Positions 44,845-55,000 of a stretch of DNA of 64,000 bases are shown here, in pieces. The DNA comes from Deltaproteobacteria bacterium. GTDB lineage: Bacteria > Myxococcota > JACRCW01. The first letter of the stretch is position 1. The number at the start of each line of letters is the position of its first letter. The DNA lies in assembly GCA_016218805.1 (NCBI GenBank), contig JACRCW010000136.1, positions 1 to 64,000 on the forward strand, written 5' to 3'. The notes beneath the pieces are model-generated. The model was not told where the DNA came from and made no database searches. It worked only from the letters and a program-made list of their open reading frames with translations. Both the position numbers and the translations under genes were made by a program.

Positions 44845-47604
44845 TTGAAGAGAATGCTCATCAACGCCAGCGCGGCGGAAGAAGTCCGCATGGCGCTCGT
44901 GGAAGACGGCGTGCTGACGGACCTGGACGTGGAGACCGCGTCCCGGGAGAAGACCAAGGGGAACATCTACAAGGGCATCGTTGCCAACGTGGAGGCCAGC
45001 CTGGGGGCGGCCTTCATTGAGTTTGGCCACGCCAAACAGGGTTTCCTGGCCTTTGATGACCTGCGGCCGGAGCTGTGGGACCCCTCCTGGCAGGGCGAGG
45101 GCCGCCCCCGCATCACCGACGTGCTCCACCGCAAGCAGGAGATCATTGTCCAGGTGACCAAGGAGGAGATGGGCAGCAAGGGCGCCGCCGTCACCAGCTA
45201 CCTGTCACTCCCCGGCCGCTACGTGGTGCTCATGCACTCCGGCGGCGGGCGCGGCGGCGTGTCCCGCAAGATTGAGGACGAGCGCGAGCGCGCCAAGGCC
45301 AAGGAGGTGCTGGACAAGCTCAAGCTCCCTGAGGGGCTGGGAACCATCATCCGCACCGCGGGCACGGGCAAGAACCGCGCGGAGCTGCAGAAGGACCTCA
45401 ACAACCTCATGCGGCAGTGGAACAAGATCCATGAGACCGCCCAGATAGCCCGCGCGCCCAGCCTGTTGTACCGGGAACCGGACCTGGTGGTCCGCACCAT
45501 CCGCGACTACCTCACGCCCGACGTGGACGAGGTCATCATTGACGACCGCGACGAGTACGAGGAGGCGCTGGACTACTTCAAACAGGGCGAAACGGAGGTG
45601 GAGAAGCCCGCCGCGCCCCCGGAGGGCGAGGCCCCCGCGGAGGGAGCCCCCCCGCCGCCGCCGCCCCCGCCACACGACGAGGAGGACGACCTCATCCGGC
45701 TGTACCAGGGGCGCCTTCCGCTGTTTGAGAAGTTTGACGTGGAGGAGCAGATTGAGGCGCTGTACAAGCGCACCGTGCCGCTGCCCTCCGGCGGCTACCT
45801 GGTCATTGACCAGACTGAGGCGCTGGTCTCCATTGACGTCAACAGCGGCAAGTCCACGCGCGAAGACGACCACGAGTCCACCGTCTACAAGACCAACCTG
45901 GAGGCGGTGACCGAGGCCGCCCGCCAGCTGCGCCTGCGCGACATGGGCGGCATCATCGTCGTGGACCTGATTGACATGGCGTCGCGCAAGCATGAGCGCG
46001 ACGTGGAGAACCGGTTCAAGGAGGTCATCAAGAGCGACAAGGCGCGCATCAAGTTCAGCCGCATCTCAGACAACGGGCTGCTGGAACTGACGCGCCAGCG
46101 CCTGCGGCAGGCACACCGCCTGGTCTCCCACGTCCCCTGCCAGGCGTGCAGCGGCACCGGCGTGGTGCGCGCGGTACCCGGCCAGGCCGTGGCGGCCCTG
46201 CGCGAACTGCAGCGCCGCGCCGCGGCGGGGCAGGGCCTGCTGGCGCGCCTGGCGGCCCGGTTGCCGCTGGACGCCGCCAACCACCTGGCCAACCACAAGC
46301 GGCTGGAGCTGGATGCGCTGGCCAAGCAGTATGACCTCAAGGTGGAGGTGCTGGCGGACCCCACGCTGGCCACCGGTGACAGCAAGTTTGATGAGGAGAA
46401 GCGCGGCCGCGCGGCCATGCAGGCGCCGGCGCTGCCCATGGTCAAGGAGGAGGAGTGGCGCACGCGCCGCCGGCCGCGCCGCGAGGAGCGGCGTGACGAG
46501 CGGCCTGCCGCCGAGGCCCCCGTGTCGATCGAGGATCGGCAGGAGGCGAGCTTTGAGGCGGACCGCGGGCGGCAGGGACGGCATCACCGTGACCGCGGCG
46601 GAGACCGCGGGGCCGAGCGCGGCAGGCATGAGCGCGGGCGCCGCGGTGGTGGCGAAGCGCGCGCCGCACCCGCGCCGCTGGGCCCGGACGGGCGCGCGCT
46701 GGTGGCGGAGGACATCCGCGGTGCGCCGCCCCCGCGCCCGCACGCCGCACAGAACGAAGGGCCCCGCAACTACCCGGACGATGCCCTGATGCAGGTCCTG
46801 TTTGGGGATCCGCCGCCGCTGGCACTGGAGGCCGCGCCGCCTGCGCCGCCACCGGGTGCCGTGGCCCCGCCACCGCTGCCGCCGGACGCCGTGGAGCCGG
46901 GAATGGAAGGTGCGCCACCGCCGGTGGCCGCCGCGCCGGGAGAGGGAGCCACCCCCGCGGTTCCCGCCGCGCCGGGTATGGACGGTGGCCTGCCGGGAAA
47001 GAAGCGCCGTCGGCGTCGCCGTCGTCGCCGTAAGGGCGGGGCGGTGATGATTGACCCGTTGACGGGACAGCCCATCCCGCAGCCGCTTCAGGCGGCGGGA
47101 GGCGCGCCCGGCACCGCCGCGGAAGGCGCGGAGGACGACGAGGGTGAGGAGGGCGACGAGGAAGAGGTGGAGGAGCATGACGTGCTGGAGGCGCGCGCGC
47201 TGAGCCACCCCCCCGCGCCGCAGCCCACCCCGGGCGTGGCGGCTGACCTGGTGGCCGCCGCCACCCAGGCCATCCTGAGCGCGCCCCCACCGTACGAAGC
47301 CCCCACCACCCGCGAGTTGCCCCGCCCCAGCGAGGTGCTGGACGCAGCGGAGGTGCGGGCGCACCTGGACGCGGAGGCGGCCAGCAACGGCGAAGACGAG
47401 GACGACGAGGACGAGGAGGCCGACGAACTCCCGCCCATGCCGCCACCCGGGCCGCCGGCGCCGGACGCGGTAGCCCGTTCTGACGAGCCGACCGTTGCGG
47501 CCAAGCGCAATGCGCGCAAGCCGCGCACCGGGAAGCCGCGTGCGGCGGCCGGCGCCAAGAAGAAGGCCGCGCCCCGCAAGAAGGCCCGCCCCCGCAGCGA
47601 GTGA
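44845..47604 (+). CDS. rne: Ribonuclease E/G (Rne/Rng family) with long disordered C-terminus
   Basis: TTG start gives MKRMLINA; GNIYKG S1 domain, IDVNSG, DLIDM and CQAC Zn-link motifs. Confidence 0.93.
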   Translation: MKRMLINASAAEEVRMALVEDGVLTDLDVETASREKTKGNIYKGIVANVEASLGAAFIEFGHAKQGFLAFDDLRPELWDPSWQGEGRPRITDVLHRKQEIIVQVTKEEMGSKGAAVTSYLSLPGRYVVLMHSGGGRGGVSRKIEDERERAKAKEVLDKLKLPEGLGTIIRTAGTGKNRAELQKDLNNLMRQWNKIHETAQIARAPSLLYREPDLVVRTIRDYLTPDVDEVIIDDRDEYEEALDYFKQGETEVEKPAAPPEGEAPAEGAPPPPPPPPHDEEDDLIRLYQGRLPLFEKFDVEEQIEALYKRTVPLPSGGYLVIDQTEALVSIDVNSGKSTREDDHESTVYKTNLEAVTEAARQLRLRDMGGIIVVDLIDMASRKHERDVENRFKEVIKSDKARIKFSRISDNGLLELTRQRLRQAHRLVSHVPCQACSGTGVVRAVPGQAVAALRELQRRAAAGQGLLARLAARLPLDAANHLANHKRLELDALAKQYDLKVEVLADPTLATGDSKFDEEKRGRAAMQAPALPMVKEEEWRTRRRPRREERRDERPAAEAPVSIEDRQEASFEADRGRQGRHHRDRGGDRGAERGRHERGRRGGGEARAAPAPLGPDGRALVAEDIRGAPPPRPHAAQNEGPRNYPDDALMQVLFGDPPPLALEAAPPAPPPGAVAPPPLPPDAVEPGMEGAPPPVAAAPGEGATPAVPAAPGMDGGLPGKKRRRRRRRRRKGGAVMIDPLTGQPIPQPLQAAGGAPGTAAEGAEDDEGEEGDEEEVEEHDVLEARALSHPPAPQPTPGVAADLVAAATQAILSAPPPYEAPTTRELPRPSEVLDAAEVRAHLDAEAASNGEDEDDEDEEADELPPMPPPGPPAPDAVARSDEPTVAAKRNARKPRTGKPRAAAGAKKKAAPRKKARPRSE

Positions 47605-47607
47605 CCC

Positions 47608-49521
47608 TCAACGCGGAGCGGGTTCCTCGTCCTCGCCGCGCAGGACCTCGCGCTCTGTGGAGACCACGGCGTCCCGCATGGACACCGGCACGTCCGTGGT
47701 CTCTCCCGCCACCACGTACCGCTCAAACGTCATGGTCTCCTTGCCCTTGCGCTGCAGCGTGATGGTCACCGGCATGCGCCATTGCAGCTCCGGCAGCGGC
47801 ACCAGGATGGGCGTCCGCGCGGATTCGGACGCGGTGCCCTTGTAGACGCCATTGAGCTCCACATCCGGGTTGTCCGGGCATTGGATGACCACGTGCGCGG
47901 GCTTGGCCCGGTGCAGCGTGACGCTCAGCTCCAAGGGTCCCTCCGGCCCCAGCGGCAGCTCCCGCTCCTCCGTCTGCGCGTAGGTGTGCAGGAAGCGCAG
48001 CTTGTGGTTTCCGTCGGGGAGGTCCAGCTCGTAGGCCTTCTTTCCGCGCCCCACCACCTCGCCGTCCACCTCCAGGTCCGCCCAGGGATCCGCCCGGACC
48101 ACCACGTGCCGCCGCGCCACAGGAAGCGCCGCAGCCAACTGCGCGGGCGGGGCCAGCGGCTGAGCCACCAACGGCGCCGCCGGCTTGGCCACCCGTTCCG
48201 GCCGCCCTCCACCCCTTAGGCCCGGCGCGGAGGGCCGGCGCGGTGCGGGCGCCGCCGCCTTGGCCTGCGAGGGCGGGGCCGCCGGCGCGGCCACCGTGGC
48301 CGGGTCCACCGGCGCGGGCGCGTCCGCCGCCACCTGCTCATCCACCAGCCGCGTCACGCCCACCGCGGATCCCGCCACGCCCAGCACCGCGGCAAACCCC
48401 AGCACAATCCGGATCCGCCCCGCTGTGCGGCTGCGCTGCTCCAGGCGGCGCATCAGGCCCGCCGCGGAGGGGTGCTCCGGACGCAACGCCAGCACGCGGT
48501 TCACCGCGGAGAGCGCCTTCACCCGGTCCCCCGCCGCCAGGTGCTGGTCCGCCGTCGTCGCAAACCGGTTGGCCGCGCGCTCCGCCCATTCCGTGCGGCA
48601 GCGGTCCGGTGCCTTGAAGAACAGCGGCAGTGACACCGCCGGATCCTCCAGGCCGCCCTCCTCCCAGACCGCCTGCAGCGCGTCCCGCAGGTCCGCCGCG
48701 CTCATGAACCGGTCCGCCGGATCCCGCGCCAGCAGGCGGCGGATCACCGCCGCCAGGCGGTCAGGAATCTCTGGGTTGAGGCGCTGCGGTTCCGTGTAGC
48801 GGCCTTCCACAATGCGCTTGAGCAGCGCGTGCGGGCTCTTGGCGGTGAACGGCAACTGCGCGGTGGCCAGCCAGAACAGCACCGTCCCCAGCGAAAACAG
48901 GTCCGCCCGCGCGTCGACGTCCAGGCCTTCAATCACCTCGGGGGCCATGTGCGCGGGGCTGCCCTGCAGCGTGCCGGTGATGGTCAGGTTGGCCGCGTCC
49001 ACCACGTGCGCAATCCCAAAGTCCATCAGCTTGAGCGCGCCGTCCTGCCGGATCATCACGTTCTCCGGCTTCACATCGCGGTGGACCACGCCGTTCTCAT
49101 GCGCGTGCTGCAGCGCGCCGGCCACTACCCAGGCCACCGCGGCGGCCACTTCGGAGGGGTAGAACTTCTCGCGCTCGCCAAAGGCCTTGAGCGTCTCCCC
49201 CCGCACCATCTCCATGGCAATGTAGCCCTGCGGGGCGTCCTCACCCGAGAAGCCGTAGACCTCCAGGATGTTGGCGTGGCGCAGCTTGGCCACCGCGCGC
49301 GCCTCCCGGGCCAGGCGGCGCCGGGCGTCCGGGCGGTCCGCCAGGAAGGGGTGGAGGACCTTGATGGCCACGTCCCGCTGCAGGACCTGGTCCCGCGCCC
49401 GGTAGACCACGCTCATGCCCCCCTGGCCCAGCTCCTCCTGCAGCACGTAGTGGTCAAGTTGCCGCCCCACCATGCCGGGGGGCACGGAGCGGGGCGGAGT
49501 GCCCTCCGCCGGCTGGGTCAT
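47608..49521 (-). CDS. Ser/Thr protein kinase with TM and PEGA-like C-terminal domains
   Basis: GQGGMS, VAIK, HRDVKPEN, DFG and APE motifs. Confidence 0.93.
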   Translation of the reverse strand: MTQPAEGTPPRSVPPGMVGRQLDHYVLQEELGQGGMSVVYRARDQVLQRDVAIKVLHPFLADRPDARRRLAREARAVAKLRHANILEVYGFSGEDAPQGYIAMEMVRGETLKAFGEREKFYPSEVAAAVAWVVAGALQHAHENGVVHRDVKPENVMIRQDGALKLMDFGIAHVVDAANLTITGTLQGSPAHMAPEVIEGLDVDARADLFSLGTVLFWLATAQLPFTAKSPHALLKRIVEGRYTEPQRLNPEIPDRLAAVIRRLLARDPADRFMSAADLRDALQAVWEEGGLEDPAVSLPLFFKAPDRCRTEWAERAANRFATTADQHLAAGDRVKALSAVNRVLALRPEHPSAAGLMRRLEQRSRTAGRIRIVLGFAAVLGVAGSAVGVTRLVDEQVAADAPAPVDPATVAAPAAPPSQAKAAAPAPRRPSAPGLRGGGRPERVAKPAAPLVAQPLAPPAQLAAALPVARRHVVVRADPWADLEVDGEVVGRGKKAYELDLPDGNHKLRFLHTYAQTEERELPLGPEGPLELSVTLHRAKPAHVVIQCPDNPDVELNGVYKGTASESARTPILVPLPELQWRMPVTITLQRKGKETMTFERYVVAGETTDVPVSMRDAVVSTEREVLRGEDEEPAPR

Positions 49522-49627
49522 CTCCAAGTTGGAACCCACGGGGACGTCCCTTGGCCGCGGGGCGGTCGCCCCGGGTAACCCCTTATCCTTCCAAATCTCC
49601 GCGCCCGTGGAAAGGCAGTCCGCCGCC

Positions 49628-50374
49628 TCACGGGGAGGGTGCCGGCGCCTGGGGCGGGCCGCTGGCAAGAGCCTTGGCGGCACCCGCCACCCGGTGCGCA
49701 AACCCCGTGTTGTCCGGCCGGTCCCGCAGGCGCACCCACCCGTCCGCGTCAATGATGAACGTGGTGAAGGAGCTGATGCCCAGCGGCCGCACCAGGGCGC
49801 CACCGCTGGGGTCCAGCACCAGCCGGTCATCCAGTCCGTTGTCCATGGCCCAGGCCAGCCGCGCGCCGCCAAAGGCCACGTTGACCACCGGCAGCCCCGC
49901 CAAATCCAGCCCGCCCTGTTGCACCAGCCCACGCCACGCATCCACGGCGGCCTGGCAGTCCGCACAGCCCTCCAGCCACACGTTGACCACCACCGGCGTG
50001 GACATGGGGAGGGTCACCTGGCCGCGGGGGCCGTCCAGCGTGATGGGCCCGGCAATCCGCTGCGCCGTGGTGCGGGCCGTCACGGCGGGATGCTTGGGCG
50101 CCAGCCAACCGGACCGCTGCACCGCCGAATGCAGCACCGCCCCCGTCGCCACCGACCCGGCAATGAGCAGCACCGTGCCCCAGCGGGCGAGGAACCCCGG
50201 CCGGCGGCGGTTGAAGATGGCGGCGGGGGCGCTGGGGGCGCGGTGGTGGGCGCTGGCCGCGGGTTCCGCATCCGCGCGCAGCAGGGCGGCGGCCTCCGGG
50301 GAAACGTCCCGGATGCCGTCAGGCGCCTGCGCCGTGCGTGGTCTTTCCGCAGTCCGGGTCTCCATGGCGGGCAT
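49628..50374 (-). CDS. TlpA-like thioredoxin-fold membrane protein
   Basis: VVNVWLEGCADC; TTFIIDADG; one TM. Confidence 0.75.
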   Translation of the reverse strand: MPAMETRTAERPRTAQAPDGIRDVSPEAAALLRADAEPAASAHHRAPSAPAAIFNRRRPGFLARWGTVLLIAGSVATGAVLHSAVQRSGWLAPKHPAVTARTTAQRIAGPITLDGPRGQVTLPMSTPVVVNVWLEGCADCQAAVDAWRGLVQQGGLDLAGLPVVNVAFGGARLAWAMDNGLDDRLVLDPSGGALVRPLGISSFTTFIIDADGWVRLRDRPDNTGFAHRVAGAAKALASGPPQAPAPSP

Positions 50375-50408
50375 GATGCTAGCAAAACGCGCGGCCCCCG
50401 GGGGCGGT

Positions 50409-51320
50409 CTATGCCCGGCGCAGCACCGTCCCCAGCACCACCAGGCCGGCGGCCACCACGCCCAGCAGCAACACCACCGCCAGGCTCACCCCCACGCCGG
50501 CGGCATCCATCCAGAAGGCGCGCATGTACGGCTGGCGGCACTCCGCGTAGCTGTTGCACCCGTTGGGGAGCTTGTCCCCGCGGGTCTCCGCCCGGTCCAC
50601 CGCCAGGATCATCCGCTGCGCCATGGCCAGGTCCACCGCAAACAGCACCACCCCCAGCCCCGCAACCAGCGCCCCCAGCAGGGATGCCGCCGCGCCAATG
50701 AACAGGACCGCGCTGCTGCCCCCGCCGACGATGGGGACCCCGCAGCACTCCACCACGCGCTCGGTGCGCGCCTTGCGGCGGGGTGCGCGGCTGGTCCCCT
50801 CTGCGCGGTCCGGGTCCGCGCGGCCACGCTTGCTGCCGGTTGCCGCGGGCGGGTGCGGGGCCTTGCGCGGCGCGGGCTCCGGCGCCGCCTCGTCCGACGA
50901 CGACGAGGGGGGCAGCGGGGCGGGCAGGGCGGCGGCGGGACCCTCCGGGACGGGAGGCGCCTCCGGGCCCCAGGTGAGCGGCTGGTCCGGGCTGGCGCGC
51001 GTGGCTGTGGCACCGGACAGGTCCCGCGCCTCCACGTAGAACGCAAACGGCCGCGCCTGCAGTACCGCCGGCACCGCGGCCACCAGCGTGTTCTCTTCCA
51101 GGCCGGCAACCAGTTCCACCGGTTCAAACGTCCCCCCGGCGCGCGCCAGGAACACGCGCCCGGACACCGGCCCGGAAGCGCCCGTGTGGCGCACCTCTAC
51201 GGTGGAGGCGGTGCCCGCTTCAGAGAGGGTCACGCGCGCGTCAGTGAGGGTGAAGCCGTCAGCGCGGGCAGCCGCGGGGACGAGCAGCACGGCCGCAACG
51301 GCCAGGGAGAACCTCATCAT
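50409..51320 (-). CDS. Hypothetical exported/membrane protein
   Basis: Signal peptide MMRFSLAVAA; FYVEARD beta domain; C-terminal TMs. Confidence 0.6.
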   Translation of the reverse strand: MMRFSLAVAAVLLVPAAARADGFTLTDARVTLSEAGTASTVEVRHTGASGPVSGRVFLARAGGTFEPVELVAGLEENTLVAAVPAVLQARPFAFYVEARDLSGATATRASPDQPLTWGPEAPPVPEGPAAALPAPLPPSSSSDEAAPEPAPRKAPHPPAATGSKRGRADPDRAEGTSRAPRRKARTERVVECCGVPIVGGGSSAVLFIGAAASLLGALVAGLGVVLFAVDLAMAQRMILAVDRAETRGDKLPNGCNSYAECRQPYMRAFWMDAAGVGVSLAVVLLLGVVAAGLVVLGTVLRRA

Positions 51321-51390
51321 GGCGGGCGCACTGTACACGGTGCTGTCGACCTCCGGCACTGGGACGCCGGTGGTGGGCGGCCTATTGCCT

Positions 51391-52392
51391 TCAGCGCGTT
51401 CGTCGGCGCGTGCGGGCGCGGGCGCGCTCTTCCGGCTCGCGCGTGGGCTCCAAGGCCACGCCCATGGCGCGGTACTTGGCCCGCCGGTCCGCAATGCGCG
51501 TCTCCGCGTCCATGGACAGCAGCTGGTCCAGCTGGCGGTTGATCACGCGCTCCACGTTGGCCGCCGTCAGGCCCGGGTCGCGGTGGGCCCCGCCGCGGGC
51601 TTCGTCAATGACCTCGTCAATGATGCCCAGCTTCACCAGGTCCGGCGCCGTCAGCCGCATGGCCTCCGCCGCCTTGTCCGCATTGGCCGCGTCACGCCAC
51701 AGGATGGACGCGCAGCCCTCCGGCGTGATGACGGAATACGTGGTGTAGCGCAGCATGTTGATGCGGTCGGTCACGCCCAGGGCCAGCGCGCCGCCGCTGC
51801 CGCCCTCCCCAATGACGGTGGAGATGACCGGCACCCGCAGCTTCATCATCTCCTCCAGGTTCTCCGCAATGGCCTGGCTCTGCCCGCGCTCCTCCGCGCC
51901 AATGCCGGGATACGCGCCGGGCGTGTCAATGAACGTGATGATGGGGCGGTCAAACCGCTCCGCCAGCTTCATCAGGCGCAGCGCCTTGCGGTAGCCCTCC
52001 GGCCGCGGCATGCCGAAGTTCCGCCGCAGGTTCTCCTTGGTCCCGCGCCCCTTCTGCTGGCCAATGACCATCACGCGCACGTCGTCCAGCCGCGCAAAAC
52101 CGGCCACAATGGACTCGTCGTCCGCGAAGCGGCGGTCACCGTGGAATTCCTGGAAATCGGTGAAGATGCGGCTGATGTAATCCAGGCTGTAGGGACGCCG
52201 CGGGTGGCGGGACAGCTGCACCATCTGCCAGCGCGTCAGCCGGCTGAAGATGTGGTCCCGCAGCGCCTCCGCCTTGTCCTCCAGGGCGCGGATCTGGTTC
52301 TCCAGGCGGGGGCCGCCCATCCGCCGCAACTCGGCAATGCGGTGGTCCAACTCGGCAACGGGCTTTTCAAAGGGGAGGGTTGCAAGTGCCAT
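51391..52392 (-). CDS. accA: Acetyl-CoA carboxylase carboxyltransferase alpha subunit
   Basis: [24 protein letters not shown] and IGEGGSGGA motifs. Confidence 0.96.
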   Translation of the reverse strand: MALATLPFEKPVAELDHRIAELRRMGGPRLENQIRALEDKAEALRDHIFSRLTRWQMVQLSRHPRRPYSLDYISRIFTDFQEFHGDRRFADDESIVAGFARLDDVRVMVIGQQKGRGTKENLRRNFGMPRPEGYRKALRLMKLAERFDRPIITFIDTPGAYPGIGAEERGQSQAIAENLEEMMKLRVPVISTVIGEGGSGGALALGVTDRINMLRYTTYSVITPEGCASILWRDAANADKAAEAMRLTAPDLVKLGIIDEVIDEARGGAHRDPGLTAANVERVINRQLDQLLSMDAETRIADRRAKYRAMGVALEPTREPEERARARTRRRTR

Positions 52393-52408
52393 GGTGAGTG
52401 GAACGGGC

Positions 52409-53545
52409 TCAGCGCTGGTCCACGCGCAGCATCTGGTTGCCCACGAGAATGAAGTCGTCCTGGGCCAGCGGGCGTTCGCCGCGGACGCGCAGGTAGGTGC
52501 CGTTGGAGGAGCCCAGGTCCCGCACAAACGCGCGGCCGGACTTGAACAGCACCACGCAGTGCTGCGCGGAGACAAACCCGTCCGCCGGGTAGGTGATCTC
52601 GCCCACCTCACGGCCCAGCTTGGTCTCCGGGGCGCGCATCAGGCGGACCTCGCCCTGGCGCCCGTCATCCAGCAGCTGCACCAGCCGGCCCCACGGCGCC
52701 GGCTCCGCGGGCGAACCCCACGTCTTGCTGTCATCATCCGGGGCGCGCGCCTGCGCCTCGCGCGGCAGCGCATCCGCCAGCTCAAAGCGCAGCAGCTGGC
52801 GCCCCATCCGCAGAACGTCACCCGCGGCCAGCTCCACTTCGCCACGCAGGCGCACAAAGACGCCGTTCACGCTGCCCGTGTCCACCACGGACAGCCGGCT
52901 GCCCTGGAAGCGGAACGTGCAGTGCGTGGGCGAAACGTACGGGTCCTCCAGCAGGATGATGCCGTTGAGGCGCCCGCACACCGTGTCCACGCCGGGCTTG
53001 AGGTTGAACGACATTCCCTCCTTGCCCGCGGGGTCAATGCAGATGAGCTTTGCCTTGGGCTGCATGATCTGCTGCACGTCCGCGGCGTGCAGGAACATGG
53101 TCTGCTTGGCCACCGCGGCCGCCTGGGATTGCGGGTTGGGCATGGGGGCGTTGGTGTCCAGGCGGGCGCCGCATTCGCCGCAGAACTTCATGGCCGCGGG
53201 AACCGGGTTCTTGCAGATGGGACACGGCTGGCTGCCAGCGGGCGCTGCGGCGGCGGGGGCCGGGGCCGCCGCGGGAGGCGACCACGGGGCCGCCGCCACC
53301 GCCTGCGCCGTCCGGGCAGGGGCCGCCGGTGCGGGCGCGGGCGCTGGGGCAACCACCGGAGCGGGCTGGGGAGCCACGGCGGCGGGCGCCACCACCGGGG
53401 GCGCTGCAAACGCCACGGCGGGCGTGGCCACAGGCGCGGCGACGGGGGCGGCAGCCGGAGCGGCGCGCGGAAGCTCGGTGCCGCAGTCCAGGCAGAAGTT
53501 GAAGTGACCGGCGTTGTCTCGACCGCAGTTGGGGCAGATGACCAT
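52409..53545 (-). CDS. Double zinc-ribbon / tandem FHA domain protein
   Basis: CPNC..FCLDC and CPIC..FCGEC; two FHA domains (GR..S..H..D.GS.NG). Confidence 0.9.
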   Translation of the reverse strand: MVICPNCGRDNAGHFNFCLDCGTELPRAAPAAAPVAAPVATPAVAFAAPPVVAPAAVAPQPAPVVAPAPAPAPAAPARTAQAVAAAPWSPPAAAPAPAAAAPAGSQPCPICKNPVPAAMKFCGECGARLDTNAPMPNPQSQAAAVAKQTMFLHAADVQQIMQPKAKLICIDPAGKEGMSFNLKPGVDTVCGRLNGIILLEDPYVSPTHCTFRFQGSRLSVVDTGSVNGVFVRLRGEVELAAGDVLRMGRQLLRFELADALPREAQARAPDDDSKTWGSPAEPAPWGRLVQLLDDGRQGEVRLMRAPETKLGREVGEITYPADGFVSAQHCVVLFKSGRAFVRDLGSSNGTYLRVRGERPLAQDDFILVGNQMLRVDQR

Positions 53546-53746
53546 GGGTCGCGCCCTCCGGGATGCGCGGGTGGGGCGCGGGGCGTAGCCCGCGTGCTGG
53601 CGCGGCGTCAAACCCGGCAGCCGTCGAGGAAATGCGGCACCGCGCGCGCGGACGTCCGTGGGCTTGCCAATGCGCGCGCCTGTGCAGCAGGGTGCGCGGC
53701 CCACGCTCCATGGGCTTGGGCGTGGCCAACCGGAGGAGTCCCAACC

Positions 53747-54937
53747 ATGCGAGCGTTGAAGGTGGCGGGCCTGCTGGCCCTGGGCGTGATGGCGGGTTGT
53801 GTGGAGAAGAAGAAGGACGGCGGCGGCACCACGCCACCCGCCCCGGCCCCGGCCTCTGCGGCGGCGCCCGCGCCGGCAGAGGAGACCGTGCTCTTTGGCG
53901 TGTACGGCTCCATGACCGGCGCCGAGGCCACCTTTGGCATCTCCACCAAGCAGGGGATTGACCTGGCCGTGCAGGAACTCAACGCGGGCGGCGGGGTGCT
54001 GGGCAAGAAGGTCAAGACCATCGTCTATGACGACCAGGGCAAGCCGGAAGAGGCGGTCACCACGGTGACCAAGCTGGTGACGCAGGACAAGGTCCACGTC
54101 GTGCTGGGCGAAGTCGCCTCCAGCCGGTCGCTCGCGGCGGCGCCCATCTGCCAGAACAACAAGGTCCCGATGATCAGCCCGTCCTCCACCAATCCGCGGG
54201 TGACCGAGACGGGCGACTACATCTTCCGCGTGTGCTTCATTGACCCGTTCCAGGGCACGGTGATGGCGGAGTTTGCCGCGGCGCACCTCAAGGTGAAGAA
54301 CGTGGCCATCTTCCGTGACAAGGGCAGTGACTACTCCATGGGCCTGGCGGACTACTTCCAGAAGGCGTTTGAGGTGCGCGGCGGGAAGATCGTGGCGGAT
54401 GAGAGCTATTCGGCGAATGACCAGGATTTCAAGTCCCAGCTGACGGCGATGAAGGGCAAGAAGCCGGAGGCCATCTTTGTTCCCGGCTATTACACGCAGG
54501 TGGCGACGATCATCCGCCAGGCGCGCGAACTGAAGATGGAGATGCCATTCCTGGGCGGTGACGGGTGGGAGTCCAGCAAGTTGTTTGAAATTGGCGGCAA
54601 GGCGCTGGACGGCTGCTACTTCTCCAACCACACCAGCAATGACGACCCGCGGCCGGAGTTGCAGGCGTTCATCAAGAAGTACACCGAGCAGTTCAAGGAG
54701 CCGCCGGACAGCCTGGCGGTGTTGGGGTACGACTCGGCGATGCTGGCGGCGGACGCCATCAGGCGCGCGGGCAAGCTGGACCGCACGGCCATGCGCGACG
54801 AGCTGGCCAAGACCAAGGGCTACAAGGGTGTCAGCGGCACGGTGAACATTGACGAGCAGCGCAACGCGACCAAGCCGGCGGTGGTGCTGAAGATCCAGGA
54901 CGGCAAGGCCAGCTTTGTCACGTCCATTGCGCCCTGA
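53747..54937 (+). CDS. Branched-chain amino acid ABC transporter substrate-binding lipoprotein (LivK/LivJ-like)
   Basis: MAGC lipobox; GEVASS, SPSSTNP, FRVCFIDPFQG and GGDGW motifs; GGAGGAG SD. Confidence 0.92.
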   Translation: MRALKVAGLLALGVMAGCVEKKKDGGGTTPPAPAPASAAAPAPAEETVLFGVYGSMTGAEATFGISTKQGIDLAVQELNAGGGVLGKKVKTIVYDDQGKPEEAVTTVTKLVTQDKVHVVLGEVASSRSLAAAPICQNNKVPMISPSSTNPRVTETGDYIFRVCFIDPFQGTVMAEFAAAHLKVKNVAIFRDKGSDYSMGLADYFQKAFEVRGGKIVADESYSANDQDFKSQLTAMKGKKPEAIFVPGYYTQVATIIRQARELKMEMPFLGGDGWESSKLFEIGGKALDGCYFSNHTSNDDPRPELQAFIKKYTEQFKEPPDSLAVLGYDSAMLAADAIRRAGKLDRTAMRDELAKTKGYKGVSGTVNIDEQRNATKPAVVLKIQDGKASFVTSIAP

Positions 54938-54941
54938 CACG

Positions 54942-54990
54942 CCTCCACCCGGGCGCCAGCCCGGGGGGAGGTCGGCGACGCCAGTCGCCG
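54942..54990. terminator. Twin GC-rich hairpins between convergent genes
   Basis: Hairpins at 54942-54971 and 54973-54990, both closed by C-GCCA-G; no U tract. Confidence 0.4.
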
Positions 54991-55000
54991 GGTGGGGGGA

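Noticed and set aside
52250..54940. Two fully overlapping 843-895-aa antiparallel ORFs
   Set aside because: This is a high-GC artefact. The real genes are the divergent FHA protein (52409-53545, minus) and the binding lipoprotein (53747-54937, plus).
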